Part shown: piece after piece, positions 1 to 9,602 of the stretch
How the letters are laid out: the number at the start of each line of letters is the position of its first letter
Numbering within the stretch: position 1 is the first letter of the stretch
Assembly: GCA_963777505.1 (NCBI GenBank)
Contig: CAVZQN010000008.1
Coordinates: 79,910 to 143,909 of the forward strand
Length of the DNA: 64,000 nucleotides
Direction of reading: 5' to 3'
Source: an uncultured bacterium
GTDB lineage: Bacteria > Acidobacteriota > HRBIN11 > JAKEFK01
Translations under genes and position numbers: made by a program
The notes under the pieces: model-generated
What the model was told of the DNA's origin: nothing
Seen by the model: the letters and a program-made list of their open reading frames with translations, nothing else
Databases searched by the model: none

Positions 1-603
1 CAGAATATTCATTCCAGCGGTTGAGAATTTTGTAACCAGTGTTTTATGATCACCGGTTAGAACGTCAGACTCAAGCTTATCAAGATAATTATCATTTGCT
101 AAATTCAAATGCGCATAATCATATAAACAGCGCTGTAAAAACAGAAAAGCCAAAAATCCTGGAGTTTTTCCGGCAAAACTGAAGCTCTCCGCACAACTGT
201 TTTTCACATATTCGACAGCATCCAAAGGATGACGATGGTATGTAATAACAAAATTTGCGCCTAAAACTAAAATCATTCGCGAGAATTTAATTTCTGAAAG
301 TCCATGAGAAGTATCCAGATGACGTTCAGGATTGTCGATTTCATATAAATAAAATGCGAGACAATCATGTCTTTCAACAATCCGCGGCAAAATTTCAGGC
401 TCTTCAAAGTGACTTATAAGGGTAAGATCAATCGCAAGGAGGCGTAAGACTTCATTCAACGGATCGATGTGTGCGTCTTCAATATCGATCCAGCAAAATA
501 CATTCGGATCATTTAATTCTTGTTCAACACGACTCGATTCGAAAGTTCTTGATGTTCTTGCGAGCGGGTTGAAACTGACACCGTGAAGTTTTGGTGCTGT
601 CAT
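1..603 (-). CDS. CorA-like divalent cation transporter, N-terminal cytoplasmic domain (partial; 3' end lies beyond window start)
   Basis: Open frame on minus strand from ATG at 601-603 running off the window edge. The translation (MTAPKLHG...LVLGANFVITYHRHP...) resembles the CorA N-terminal domain. The GMN motif region is not in the window. Confidence 0.45.
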   Translation of the reverse strand, partial: MTAPKLHGVSFNPLARTSRTFESSRVEQELNDPNVFCWIDIEDAHIDPLNEVLRLLAIDLTLISHFEEPEILPRIVERHDCLAFYLYEIDNPERHLDTSHGLSEIKFSRMILVLGANFVITYHRHPLDAVEYVKNSCAESFSFAGKTPGFLAFLFLQRCLYDYAHLNLANDNYLDKLESDVLTGDHKTLVTKFSTAGMNIL

Positions 604-653
604 AATTCTCGCTATTGTAACGCAATTGTTCGTCTGCAAGCGTTATGAATACT

Positions 654-677
654 GCGGGCGGGTCTTAGACCCGGCCC
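654..677. repeat. GC-rich palindromic hairpin GGGCGGGTC-tta-GACCCGGCCC in a divergent intergenic region (REP-like element)
   Basis: Inverted repeat read directly. Near-identical elements occur at 14533-14553 and 63508-63529. Confidence 0.5.
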
Positions 678-724
678 TATAATTATGTTGCCGGGATGAG
701 TTGAGAAAGACATAATTGTGGATT

Positions 725-2230
725 ATGCATTTTAAGATTTCCATTGTTTTTCTGATCTTTCTGGTCCTTCTAACTCAATCGAACATAATCTCCGCACAGG
801 TCCCGCCAGGATTTACTGATACTCTGGTTGCTGGATCTTTGGAGCTTCCGACGGCTTGCGAATTTGCACCTGATGGACGTCTCTTCATTCTTCTCAAACG
901 CGGTACTGTTCGAATCTTTAAGAATGGAGCACTTGTTCCAACAGCTGCATTGAATCTTCCTGTTACTGACAACAGCGAACGTGGCTTACTCGGAATAGCA
1001 TTTGATCCTTCTTTTTTAACCAATGGATTTGTGTATCTCTATTACACAACTGCAAGCTCCGATCCTAAAAATCGTGTTTCGCGTTTTTTTGTGAATGGTG
1101 ACACGATTGATCGCAACAGCGAAACAATTATTCTGGATGGAATTCGATCCGATGCAGGAAATCACAATGCAGGATGGATTCAATTCGGGAGAGATGGAAA
1201 GTTATACATTGCGACCGGCGATGGCGGATCCAATGCGAGTCTTTCGCAAAGTTTGTCCAGTATCAATGGAAAGATTTTGCGCATCAATAGCAACGGTACA
1301 ATCCCTGAAGATAATCCATTTGCAGGACAGTCTGGCAGTCGAGGGGAAATCTGGTGTCTTGGTTTGAGAAATCCCTGGAGATTTACATTCGATCCAACAA
1401 CAGGTGCGATGTATATCGGTGATGTGGGTCAGAATCAATTCGAAGAAGTGAACGTTGGTGTACGCGGTGCAAACTATGGTTGGCCTAACGCAGAAGGACA
1501 ATCAAACAATGGGAATTTTCGAAATCCGATTCACGTTTATGAACACAATGGCGGAAGCGCTTCGATTTCTGGTGGAATCCGGTATCGTGGAAACACTTTT
1601 CCTGATGAATATAGTGGCGCTTATTTCTACGGAGATTATGTCCTTGGATTTATCCGTTACTTAAGATTCAATTCATCAAATGAAGTGATTTCGGATAATG
1701 TGTTCTCACCAAACGTTGGAAACGTGGTGCATTTTGCTCAAGGTCCGGACGGCGCACTCTATTATGTTTTGATCGGCCAAAGGCAGGTTCGAAAAATTCA
1801 ATTTGGCTCGGGAAATAACAGCGTACCAGTCGTTAGAACCACATCGAGCCGTAAATTTGGACCGTTACCGTTAACTGTGAATTTCTCTGCTGCCGGAACA
1901 TTTGATCCAGATGGCGATCCTTTAACATTTCAATGGCAGTTTGGTGACGGCACGAGCGCAAACGGTCGGCAAACAAGTCATACATACCGAACCGCTCAAA
2001 ATTTTAATGCACGGTTGATTGTTATGGACTCAAGAGGCGCGCGAGTCACATCTCAAATTCTGAAAATTTTTGCCGGAGATCGCGCACCTGTTCCACAAAT
2101 CACTGCACCCGCTGCAGGAACAACTGTCAGACCAGGACAAACCATTCGTTTCGCAGGTCGCGCAACCGATCCTGAAGATGGTGTGTTAAATCCTTCAAGA
2201 CTCACATGGACTGTTATACTTGCATCATAA
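725..2230 (+). CDS. PQQ-dependent glucose/sorbosone dehydrogenase-like beta-propeller protein with C-terminal PKD domain; signal peptide; apparently frameshifted near 2216-2228
   Basis: ORF 716..2230. The likely ATG at 725 gives MHFKISIVFLIFLVLL..., a signal peptide. A PKD-like segment (LTVNFSAAGTFDPDGDPLTFQWQFGDGTS) follows. The frame +1 continues to 2396 as a plausible domain continuation (HHNDHTHPFLGPLIGVASGQFTVPVNDHTDGNVFYRIRLKATDSRGL). Confidence 0.6.
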   Translation: MHFKISIVFLIFLVLLTQSNIISAQVPPGFTDTLVAGSLELPTACEFAPDGRLFILLKRGTVRIFKNGALVPTAALNLPVTDNSERGLLGIAFDPSFLTNGFVYLYYTTASSDPKNRVSRFFVNGDTIDRNSETIILDGIRSDAGNHNAGWIQFGRDGKLYIATGDGGSNASLSQSLSSINGKILRINSNGTIPEDNPFAGQSGSRGEIWCLGLRNPWRFTFDPTTGAMYIGDVGQNQFEEVNVGVRGANYGWPNAEGQSNNGNFRNPIHVYEHNGGSASISGGIRYRGNTFPDEYSGAYFYGDYVLGFIRYLRFNSSNEVISDNVFSPNVGNVVHFAQGPDGALYYVLIGQRQVRKIQFGSGNNSVPVVRTTSSRKFGPLPLTVNFSAAGTFDPDGDPLTFQWQFGDGTSANGRQTSHTYRTAQNFNARLIVMDSRGARVTSQILKIFAGDRAPVPQITAPAAGTTVRPGQTIRFAGRATDPEDGVLNPSRLTWTVILAS

Positions 2231-2396
2231 TGATCATACGCATCCGTTTCTTGGTCCGCTTATCGGGGTAGCATCCGGACAATTTACAGTTCCGGTTAAT
2301 GATCATACTGATGGAAACGTCTTTTACAGGATCAGATTGAAAGCCACAGATTCACGCGGTCTTGCTATATTTAAGAAGTTAGATATTCCCAGGGAA
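2223..2396 (+). pseudogene. C-terminal continuation of the 725..2230 gene in the +1 frame (frameshift or sequencing indel)
   Basis: No start codon. The translation continues the TWTVIL... context as HHNDHTHPF..., a beta-sandwich-like sequence, ending at TGA 2397-2399. Confidence 0.45.
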
Positions 2397-2439
2397 TGAA
2401 ATGTCGCAGAATTCCTTCGCGATTAACTATGGAGTAACC

Positions 2440-2784
2440 ATGAGATATGTGTTCGTTGTGCTTTCTCTGCTTCTAATTGTTCCCGATCTTCCGGCAGCGC
2501 AAGAAACAATTACCGGTGAAGTTCTGGATTCGTTTTGTTATGCGACACGCGATGCAAAAGGAAAAGAACATGCGCAATGTGCCTCTTCCTGTATTAAAGC
2601 AGGCGTACCTGTCGCAATCCTAACTTCAAGCGGTACTCTTTACTGGCCATTGCGGCAGGATCATAAACCTGCAAATCCATTGTTTGAAAAATTAGGGGGA
2701 GAAAATGTGAAAGTCACAGGAATGGTCTACGAAAAAAATAATACGAAGTTTATTGTCGTCTCAGCTGTAGAAAAAGCGAACTAA
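2440..2784 (+). CDS. small secreted Cys-containing protein (hypothetical)
   Basis: ORF 2401..2784. GGAG lies 6 nt upstream of the ATG at 2440. N-terminal signal peptide MRYVFVVLSLLLIVPDLPAAQ, with four Cys in the mature part. Confidence 0.5.
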   Translation: MRYVFVVLSLLLIVPDLPAAQETITGEVLDSFCYATRDAKGKEHAQCASSCIKAGVPVAILTSSGTLYWPLRQDHKPANPLFEKLGGENVKVTGMVYEKNNTKFIVVSAVEKAN

Positions 2785-2787
2785 GAA

Positions 2788-2863
2788 TTCAACACGAAGA
2801 CACCAAGACACAAGGATTTTTTTATTTAGTGCATCTTCGTGTCGTTGTGTCTTCGTGTTGAAG
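2788..2863. terminator. bidirectional stem-loop between convergent genes
   Basis: TTCAACACGAAGACAC ... GTGTCTTCGTGTTGAA inverted repeat with an internal T-run (2816-2823). Confidence 0.5.
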
Positions 2864-2864
2864 A

Positions 2865-3824
2865 TTAAATTTCGAATTGAGCGGTTGTGGCGGCTGCTTC
2901 TCCCCCGATCCGGTCATGAACAGTGATGACCATCTGATAACGGCCAGCCGGATAATTTGAGGGGATTGTTAATTTGTAATTAAATTCCGCGGATTTATAT
3001 TCAGGCTCACCACTTTCTTTAAATTCTTTAATCGCATCTTTCGAAAGTAATGGAACAATAGCGCCGGATGGATCGATCGTCTTTAGATCCTGAACAAGAT
3101 GAATACGGGCAAAGCCTTCCGATTTATCATTGGCGAAGTTAAGCACTTGAAAAGTAACTGAAACAACAAGTCCCGCTTCATTTTTTTCCTTCGCAACGTT
3201 CATATTCACAATTTCCATATTTTTGATTCCAGGCATCTGCACAGGCGCAGGTTCAGGAGCCTTTGATTCTGCTTTGGGAGGCTGGTCTACTTGAATTCCA
3301 GCGGGACTGAATCGTACAAATTGTATTTTCCATTTCTCTTTTTCTCGCACAAGCTGATATTCAGCTGGAAGTTTTGAACCGTCTTCACCGGTGATCGTTC
3401 CTTTAAGAATTGTTGTTCCACTTGCTTGTTTTTGCCGATCCGATGACGAAAAGTCTTTCGCGCTTTTTAAGATAGGATAACTTTCAACTAATCCGATAAA
3501 ATCTTCTCTGCTAGTGACTTTTTGAAACTCTAATGAACAGTACGAATAAGCTCGATCAATATCATTGTTTCGCAGCGCTGTAAGTTGAGCATTAACAGAT
3601 TCAACTTCTTCTTTCCCAAGGGTTTTGAAGAAAAAATAAACGGCCACACCGAGGAGAGCGACCAATAACACACAGCCTGCCCCTCCAGCCAGAGCAAGAA
3701 ACATAGGACTTCGTTTGCGCATCGATTGCGTGGACTGTGGGACTTCTGATTCGACATCAGATAACACCGGTTCTTGCGGCAAATCTGTCATGGCAGGATT
3801 ATAACATTCCAAACAAATACACAA
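2865..3824 (-). CDS. membrane-anchored hypothetical protein (N-terminal TM segment, large periplasmic domain)
   Basis: ORF 2865..3824. A hydrophobic segment (FLALAGGAGCVLLVALLGVAVYFFF) follows a short cytoplasmic N-terminus. The start may be the ATG at 3791. Confidence 0.45.
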   Translation of the reverse strand: MCICLECYNPAMTDLPQEPVLSDVESEVPQSTQSMRKRSPMFLALAGGAGCVLLVALLGVAVYFFFKTLGKEEVESVNAQLTALRNNDIDRAYSYCSLEFQKVTSREDFIGLVESYPILKSAKDFSSSDRQKQASGTTILKGTITGEDGSKLPAEYQLVREKEKWKIQFVRFSPAGIQVDQPPKAESKAPEPAPVQMPGIKNMEIVNMNVAKEKNEAGLVVSVTFQVLNFANDKSEGFARIHLVQDLKTIDPSGAIVPLLSKDAIKEFKESGEPEYKSAEFNYKLTIPSNYPAGRYQMVITVHDRIGGEAAATTAQFEI

Positions 3825-3901
3825 TCCATTGTGTAGGTTTCTACATCAATACGTGCCTTTGGGTACAACGCTAATACTACAAACAGCGTACTAAAAAATG
3901 C

Positions 3902-3930
3902 TTGACAGGTGTTGGGGAGTCCCGTATACT
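3902..3930 (+). promoter_or_regulatory. sigma70-type promoter of the dcw cluster (TTGACA-17 nt-TATACT)
   Basis: Perfect -35 TTGACA (3902-3907), a 17-nt spacer, and -10 TATACT (3925-3930), about 65 nt upstream of the mraZ ATG. Confidence 0.65.
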
Positions 3931-3995
3931 GCCGATAGGAAAAAAAAGGACAAAAATGGTCGCAACAGGAGTTCCTTGGCTCGTTCAGGGTTAAC

Positions 3996-4460
3996 ATGGC
4001 CACCAAGCGAAGATTAAATTTACGCGGAAATCAGCTTGCCACAGTCGACGAACAGGGTCGATTGAAAATTCCTACAAAATTTAAGGACATTCTGGTGAAA
4101 GAATACGGGTATGAATATTTCCTCACCAGCCTCACTGGAGAATATGTTTTTGTGTACCCCCTTACGGTTTGGGAAGCTCAAGTAGAAGAGCGACTGATAA
4201 AAACCGCCCACCTTAATCCCCGCCGTACCAAGCTTTTAGACGTCGTAAATTACTACGGATCTGAAGTGACGATGGACAAACAGGGCAGGATTTTAATTCC
4301 CCCAACGCTGAGGGACTCCGCGGCCATACAAGGTGAAGTTTGTGTTCTTGGAAAACTGGATCATTTGGATATTTGGAACAAAGTCCAATTTGAATCAAAG
4401 CGACTTCAGGGTGAAGGCCGCTTAACAGAAGACGATCTTTCACAACTTTTTGCAGAGTAA
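3996..4460 (+). CDS. mraZ: transcriptional regulator MraZ
   Basis: 154 aa with two MraZ half-domains (GRLKIP / GRILIP motifs). First gene of the dcw cluster. Confidence 0.9.
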   Translation: MATKRRLNLRGNQLATVDEQGRLKIPTKFKDILVKEYGYEYFLTSLTGEYVFVYPLTVWEAQVEERLIKTAHLNPRRTKLLDVVNYYGSEVTMDKQGRILIPPTLRDSAAIQGEVCVLGKLDHLDIWNKVQFESKRLQGEGRLTEDDLSQLFAE

Positions 4461-4562
4461 CGAACCGCAAAGTCGCAAATTCTTTGCGTCTTTGTGGTTC
4501 GTCATTATTTCGGAAAACATCCGAGACCCTAATCTGCGCCGGACGACCCCCTGTTCCGGCGC
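4461..4562 (+). other. two strong stem-loops between mraZ and rsmH
   Basis: 4461-4501: CGAACCGCAAAG...CTTTGTGGTTCG, 12 bp with an inner CGCAAA/TTTGCG hairpin. 4536-4562: GCGCCGGA-N11-TCCGGCGC. Confidence 0.5.
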
Positions 4563-4593
4563 AGGAATAGTGTCCTGAACCAGCGGTTATGAA

Positions 4594-5592
4594 ATGCGGA
4601 TTCACAGACCGGTTCTTATAAAGGAAGCGGTTACTTTGTTGAACTGCCGGAGCGGGGGATTGTATATGGACTGTACAGCAGGAATGGCGGGGCATTCCGA
4701 AGAAATTCTTAGAGCTTCTGCTCCCGATGGCCATCTCCTTGCATTGGATCGTGATGAGCAAGCCATTGCAATCGTCCGGCAAAAACTAGCACCCTATCAA
4801 AACCGCGTAACAATTGTTCACTCGGATTACAGGAGAATTGGGAAAGTGTTGGAAGAGAGCTCATTCGGACAGCCTGATGGGATTCTGGCTGATCTTGGAG
4901 TTTCTATGTTGCAATTCTCCGACCCCCAACGCGGTTTTAGCTTTCAAGAAGAAGGTCCACTCGACATGCGCATGGATCAGAGCCAGAGAGAGACTGCTGA
5001 AGATTTGATCTCTCGAGCATCTGAAGAAGAATTGACCGACATCCTGAAAGAATATGGTGAAGAACCAGCGGCAAAAAGAATCGCAAGAAGGATTGTTCAG
5101 GAACGAAAAACTCAGCCGATACAAACAACAACTGAATTACGCAAGATTATAGAAAAAGTAATTCCGTTAAGACATCATCAAAGAATTCATCCCGCCACAC
5201 TGACATTTCAAGCGTTGCGGATTGCAGTCAATCGTGAGTTAGAGGAATTAGACGAATTTTTGTTCGATGCATTTGATGCTTTAGTGAATGGAGGGCGGCT
5301 TGTCGTAATTGCTTTCCATTCTTTAGAGGATCGAATTGTAAAACAGGCGTTCCGCTTTTTATCGGCGGCTTGCCGTTGTTCTATAGCATTACCTGTCTGT
5401 CAGTGTGGCGGCAAGCCGCTGTCCAAACTATTAACCTCATCGCCAGTGCGTCCAGGCGAAGAAGAACTCAATGAAAATCCACCGAGTCGCAGCGCAAAAT
5501 TGCGCGCAATTGAAAAGATTGAGGGAACTGTTCCGCGCGAATTATGGCAGACATGGCTGAATGAACATCAAAACTGGAAAAGAAATCGATGA
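4594..5592 (+). CDS. rsmH: 16S rRNA (cytosine1402-N4)-methyltransferase RsmH/MraW
   Basis: The N-terminus HRPVLIKEAV...DCTAGMAGHSEEIL is typical of RsmH. Position after mraZ. Confidence 0.9.
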   Translation: MRIHRPVLIKEAVTLLNCRSGGLYMDCTAGMAGHSEEILRASAPDGHLLALDRDEQAIAIVRQKLAPYQNRVTIVHSDYRRIGKVLEESSFGQPDGILADLGVSMLQFSDPQRGFSFQEEGPLDMRMDQSQRETAEDLISRASEEELTDILKEYGEEPAAKRIARRIVQERKTQPIQTTTELRKIIEKVIPLRHHQRIHPATLTFQALRIAVNRELEELDEFLFDAFDALVNGGRLVVIAFHSLEDRIVKQAFRFLSAACRCSIALPVCQCGGKPLSKLLTSSPVRPGEEELNENPPSRSAKLRAIEKIEGTVPRELWQTWLNEHQNWKRNR

Positions 5593-5613
5593 GAACAAGT
5601 TTTAACGGAGCGC

Positions 5614-5660
5614 GGGCGTCATTGCCCGCCAATGTTAGGCGGGCACCGAGGCCTGCCCTC
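5614..5660 (+). other. two GC-rich hairpins between rsmH and ftsL
   Basis: GCGGGC-gtcattg-CCCGC and GGGCA-ccgaggcc-TGCCC. Confidence 0.4.
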
Positions 5661-5671
5661 CCAAATTTTGT

Positions 5672-6049
5672 ATGAATAACAGAGTTTACATTCAGTCAAA
5701 AAAATTAAGGCAGCAGGAACCTTTACGGCAGCGCGATCCTGTACAATTTCGCACTCTTATGTTGATCCTTTTTACATGTTCTTTAATTGTGCTAGGAATC
5801 CTCTCCTATATATGGAGAGGTGTTGAAATCATCAGCATGGGTTATAAGATGCGCGCGATTTATTCTCAGCAAAGTCTTTTAAAGGAACAGCGTCAGAAAT
5901 TAATCCTTGAAAAAGCAGCTCTTCGATCATTAAAAAGAATTGAACATATTGCTTCTTCTCAATTAAACCTGGTCAAACCAAATCCCGAGCAAATTATTAT
6001 TCTGCGATCTTCTCAGCAGACACCGAAAGAGCGTAAGAATGTACAGTAA
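5672..6049 (+). CDS. ftsL: cell division protein FtsL-like (single TM plus coiled coil)
   Basis: 125 aa, with a TM segment (LMLILFTCSLIVLGILSYIW) followed by a coiled coil. Lies between rsmH and ftsI. Confidence 0.7.
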   Translation: MNNRVYIQSKKLRQQEPLRQRDPVQFRTLMLILFTCSLIVLGILSYIWRGVEIISMGYKMRAIYSQQSLLKEQRQKLILEKAALRSLKRIEHIASSQLNLVKPNPEQIIILRSSQQTPKERKNVQ

Positions 6050-8120
6050 TTCGTTTCGATCGCCCCGCGTTGCACCGGGATTATTCCGGACACGTTTTCA
6101 GCTCGGGATCCTTCTTTGTTTTGCATGGATCGGCATCATCGTGCTGCGCCTCATTTTCCTGCAAGTTTTTAAGCATGACCATTACGTCGCGCGTGCAAAT
6201 AAACAACGCCAGAGTGTTGTCGCTCTTTATCCGGAACGAGGTCCGATTTTAGATCGGAAAAACAGGCAACTTGCGATCAGCATCGCTGAAAATTCAATCT
6301 ATGGCATCCCTGAAGAAATGAAAAGCCCGCTTGAAGCGATGCACAAAATAAGCAACATCGTTGAAATTGATCAGAAGGATCTTTTACAACGTTCTTCAAC
6401 TAAATCATTCTTCTGGATCGCCAGAAAAATTCCAAAAGAGAAGGCAGAAGCAATCCGAAAGCTTGATTTACCTGGTGTTTACTTCACAACAGAAAGCAGA
6501 CGGTATTATCCAAATAAGAATCTTGCGTCCCATGTACTCGGTTTCGTTGGCATGGATAACAAAGGATTATCCGGCGTTGAATATCAATATGAACATGTGA
6601 TTACTGGAGTTCCCGGAAAACTGTTTGCACTTCGGGATGCAAAACGGAGACTTCTTCTTCCTGGCGGCGAAAATTCAATGGTGCCGCCTACTGTCGGTAG
6701 ATCGCTCCAACTTACAATCGACTCTTCTATTCAACATATCGTTGAAACGGAATTGAAAACCGCGGTGGAAGAACGCGCTGCAAGCGGTGGTTCAGTCATT
6801 ATCCTGAAACCGCAAACAGGCGAAATTCTAGCAATTGCAAATGCGCCTGATTTTAATCCCAATGCATACAAGCAAAGCGAAGCAAAACAATGGAAGAATC
6901 GAGCGATTACAGATTATTACGAACCAGGTTCCACATTTAAGCCTGTTATCGCTGCCGCAGCATTGGACCGCGGCCTGGTGAGTCCGGATGATCAGTTTGA
7001 CTGCCAGTGGGGATCAATTGTCCTGGCGGGAATTGTTATGAAGGACCACAAACCATTTGGTGTTCTTACATTTCGTGAAATTATCGAAAAATCGAGCAAT
7101 GTTGGCACTATTAAAGTTGGATTAAAGATTGGCCCGCAGGGACTCGTTCAATATGCACGTTCTTTTGGATTCGGACAAAAAACAGGGATTGATTTACCGG
7201 GAGAAAGTTCCGGTATATTAAGATCCCCGAAAAAGTGGTCTGCCCTTTCAATTGGAGCGATTTCAATTGGACAGGAAGTAGGAGTAACACCACTTCAGAT
7301 TTTGCGGATGATCACCTCTGTTGGGAATGGTGGTTATCTTGTATCACCTCACACAGTTTCAAGAATCTCAGATAGTTCTGGTGATTTAAAACCGGCTGTG
7401 TTCCCACAACCACAAGCACTGCCATTTAAACACACAACGTTAAGTACATTACAGGAATTTTTGGAAGGGGTTGTAGCCCACGGCTCGGGGACTCTAGCGC
7501 AAATTCCCGGATATTCAGTAGCAGGTAAAACCGGAACAGCGCAAAAAATCGGCCCGTCCGGCACCTATGCTGATGGCGGATACATTGCATCCTTTGCTGG
7601 CTATGCGCCGGCAAAGGATCCGGCCATTAGCATGATTGTGGTGCTGTATAACCCAAAGAAGGAATTTTATGGAGGAAGAGTAGCTGCCCCTCTATTTCGG
7701 AAAATCGGACAACAGGTTTTGAAGTATCTGGACATTCCCCCTGACCAGAATACGGAAAATCCTGCATTTACAACAGCACAGTCCGCGTTCCCCCGCGTGA
7801 CTGAAGCAAATTATCCGGAAGGTATTGAGTCGGTAGCATACACTTCTCCTCCTAATCAGCATCACAAGCTCGTCATTGCCCCTGACGACGGCATGGCCAA
7901 CGAGCTTGTGATGCCTTATTTGTTTGGAAAAACAGCCAGTGAAACAATAGAAATTCTAAGTAAAACAAAAATCCCGTTCCGCCTTCTCGGTACAGGCACA
8001 GTAATTAAACAATGGCCTATTCCGGGCTCGCTTTTAAAACTGGATGACATGATGATTATTACGCTGGCACATTCCAAAAATACTTCAACATTTACGGACC
8101 GGAATGCTAGCAGCAAGTAA
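6039..8120 (+). CDS. ftsI: peptidoglycan D,D-transpeptidase FtsI (class B PBP) with C-terminal PASTA domain
   Basis: SxxK (GSTFKP), SxN (KSSNVG) and KTG (AGKTGTAQ) motifs. The C-terminal ~60 aa match the PASTA pattern (MPYLFGKTASETIEILSKTKIPFRLLGTGTVIKQWPIPGSLLK). Confidence 0.9.
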   Translation: MYSNSFRSPRVAPGLFRTRFQLGILLCFAWIGIIVLRLIFLQVFKHDHYVARANKQRQSVVALYPERGPILDRKNRQLAISIAENSIYGIPEEMKSPLEAMHKISNIVEIDQKDLLQRSSTKSFFWIARKIPKEKAEAIRKLDLPGVYFTTESRRYYPNKNLASHVLGFVGMDNKGLSGVEYQYEHVITGVPGKLFALRDAKRRLLLPGGENSMVPPTVGRSLQLTIDSSIQHIVETELKTAVEERAASGGSVIILKPQTGEILAIANAPDFNPNAYKQSEAKQWKNRAITDYYEPGSTFKPVIAAAALDRGLVSPDDQFDCQWGSIVLAGIVMKDHKPFGVLTFREIIEKSSNVGTIKVGLKIGPQGLVQYARSFGFGQKTGIDLPGESSGILRSPKKWSALSIGAISIGQEVGVTPLQILRMITSVGNGGYLVSPHTVSRISDSSGDLKPAVFPQPQALPFKHTTLSTLQEFLEGVVAHGSGTLAQIPGYSVAGKTGTAQKIGPSGTYADGGYIASFAGYAPAKDPAISMIVVLYNPKKEFYGGRVAAPLFRKIGQQVLKYLDIPPDQNTENPAFTTAQSAFPRVTEANYPEGIESVAYTSPPNQHHKLVIAPDDGMANELVMPYLFGKTASETIEILSKTKIPFRLLGTGTVIKQWPIPGSLLKLDDMMIITLAHSKNTSTFTDRNASSK

Positions 8121-8122
8121 GA

Positions 8123-9598
8123 ATGAATCTAAAAACCCTACTTTCTGTACTGCAGAAGTACGAGATCTCAGAAGTTTCAGATCTCGATATTACAGGCTTT
8201 GCTTACGATTCGCGTAAGGTAAAGCCGGGGAATCTTTTTGCGGCACTTCCCGGACTCCAGCATCATGGAAGCGAGTTTCAAGCTCAAGCCGAAAAAAATG
8301 GCGCAATTGCCATCTTAAGTGATCGTCTACTAAAATCTTCCCTTCCCATCATTACAGTAGAAAATCCACGTGCTGCGCTTGCTGCGCTTAGCAATGCTTT
8401 TTATCAATATCCTTCAACAAAGTTAAAACTATTCGGAGTTACAGGAACCAACGGCAAAACAACTACAACTTATCTACTCCAATCCATCCTTGAAGCGGCT
8501 GGATTGCGGACCGGTTTACTTGGAACTGTTGTTTACAGCGGAAAAGAGTTTCGCTCTGATGCAAAGTTAACGACTCCTGAATCTCTTGATCTTCAGGAAA
8601 TGCTTGCAAAAATGGTTGCAGAAAAAGATGCGGCATGCGTGATGGAAGTTTCATCACATTCACTTGTAATGTCACGTGTTGCAAGCTGTGCGTTTGAAGC
8701 GGCAATATTCACCAACTTGACTCAAGATCATCTGGATTTTCACAAGACAATGGAAGACTACTTCGAGGCCAAAAAAATTCTATTCGATGGCCATACTTGC
8801 GCAGCAAAAAGTGCATTCATTAATAAAGATGATCCTTATGGCAAACGGATTCTGGCTGATCGCAAAGTTTCCGGACTCGATAGCTTTAGTTACGGATTCA
8901 GCCCTGGATCATCATTCCGGATTCGCGATTGGAAAAGCACAGCACAAGAAAGCAATATGGTGATCCGTTACGAAAACAGAGATATCAAAATCAAAACACC
9001 TCTTCTGGCTCGCTACAATGCATACAATCTCTGCGGTGCTTTTGCTGCTGCAACAATTGCTGGAATCGATCGGACCGCAATCTTGCAAGGCATCGAAAAC
9101 ATGAAGCAAATACCGGGCCGTCTCGAAAAGATTGATCATGGTCAGCCATTCTTAGTTTTTATCGATTATGCACATACAGAAGACGCCCTCCGTCAAGTTT
9201 TGAGCACACTACGACCGTACACACGCGAGCGATTAATCGTTTTATTCGGATGTGGTGGAGAACGGGATAAAGGTAAGCGCCCTATGATGGGACGAGCAGC
9301 CGGAGAACTCGCTGATGAAGTAATTTTGACTTCCGATAATCCAAGAAGCGAAAACCCGGCCACTATATTGCAGCAAATTAAAACGGGTGTCGAGAAAAGT
9401 GGAAATTCGAATCTGCATATTATTCCGGATCGAAAAGAAGCAATTGAGTTTGCTTTAAAACTCGCTGCACCTACAGATACGTTACTTCTTGCTGGAAAAG
9501 GGCATGAAACGTATCAGGTAATCGGAAAAGAAAAACAGCATTTTGATGAAAGAGAGATCCTGAAAGATGAATTAGGAAAGATGAAAGCTGAAAGTTAA
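8123..9598 (+). CDS. murE: UDP-N-acetylmuramoyl-L-alanyl-D-glutamate--2,6-diaminopimelate ligase MurE
   Basis: P-loop GVTGTNGKTTTT and the DNPR motif (DNPRSENP) that marks meso-DAP-adding enzymes. Confidence 0.9.
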   Translation: MNLKTLLSVLQKYEISEVSDLDITGFAYDSRKVKPGNLFAALPGLQHHGSEFQAQAEKNGAIAILSDRLLKSSLPIITVENPRAALAALSNAFYQYPSTKLKLFGVTGTNGKTTTTYLLQSILEAAGLRTGLLGTVVYSGKEFRSDAKLTTPESLDLQEMLAKMVAEKDAACVMEVSSHSLVMSRVASCAFEAAIFTNLTQDHLDFHKTMEDYFEAKKILFDGHTCAAKSAFINKDDPYGKRILADRKVSGLDSFSYGFSPGSSFRIRDWKSTAQESNMVIRYENRDIKIKTPLLARYNAYNLCGAFAAATIAGIDRTAILQGIENMKQIPGRLEKIDHGQPFLVFIDYAHTEDALRQVLSTLRPYTRERLIVLFGCGGERDKGKRPMMGRAAGELADEVILTSDNPRSENPATILQQIKTGVEKSGNSNLHIIPDRKEAIEFALKLAAPTDTLLLAGKGHETYQVIGKEKQHFDEREILKDELGKMKAES

Positions 9599-9602
9599 CT
9601 CA

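Noticed and set aside
4213-4782. Minus-strand 189-aa ORF overlapping the mraZ-rsmH junction
   Set aside because: It overlaps two conserved plus-strand genes and intergenic hairpins. There is no RBS, and the translation is low-complexity.
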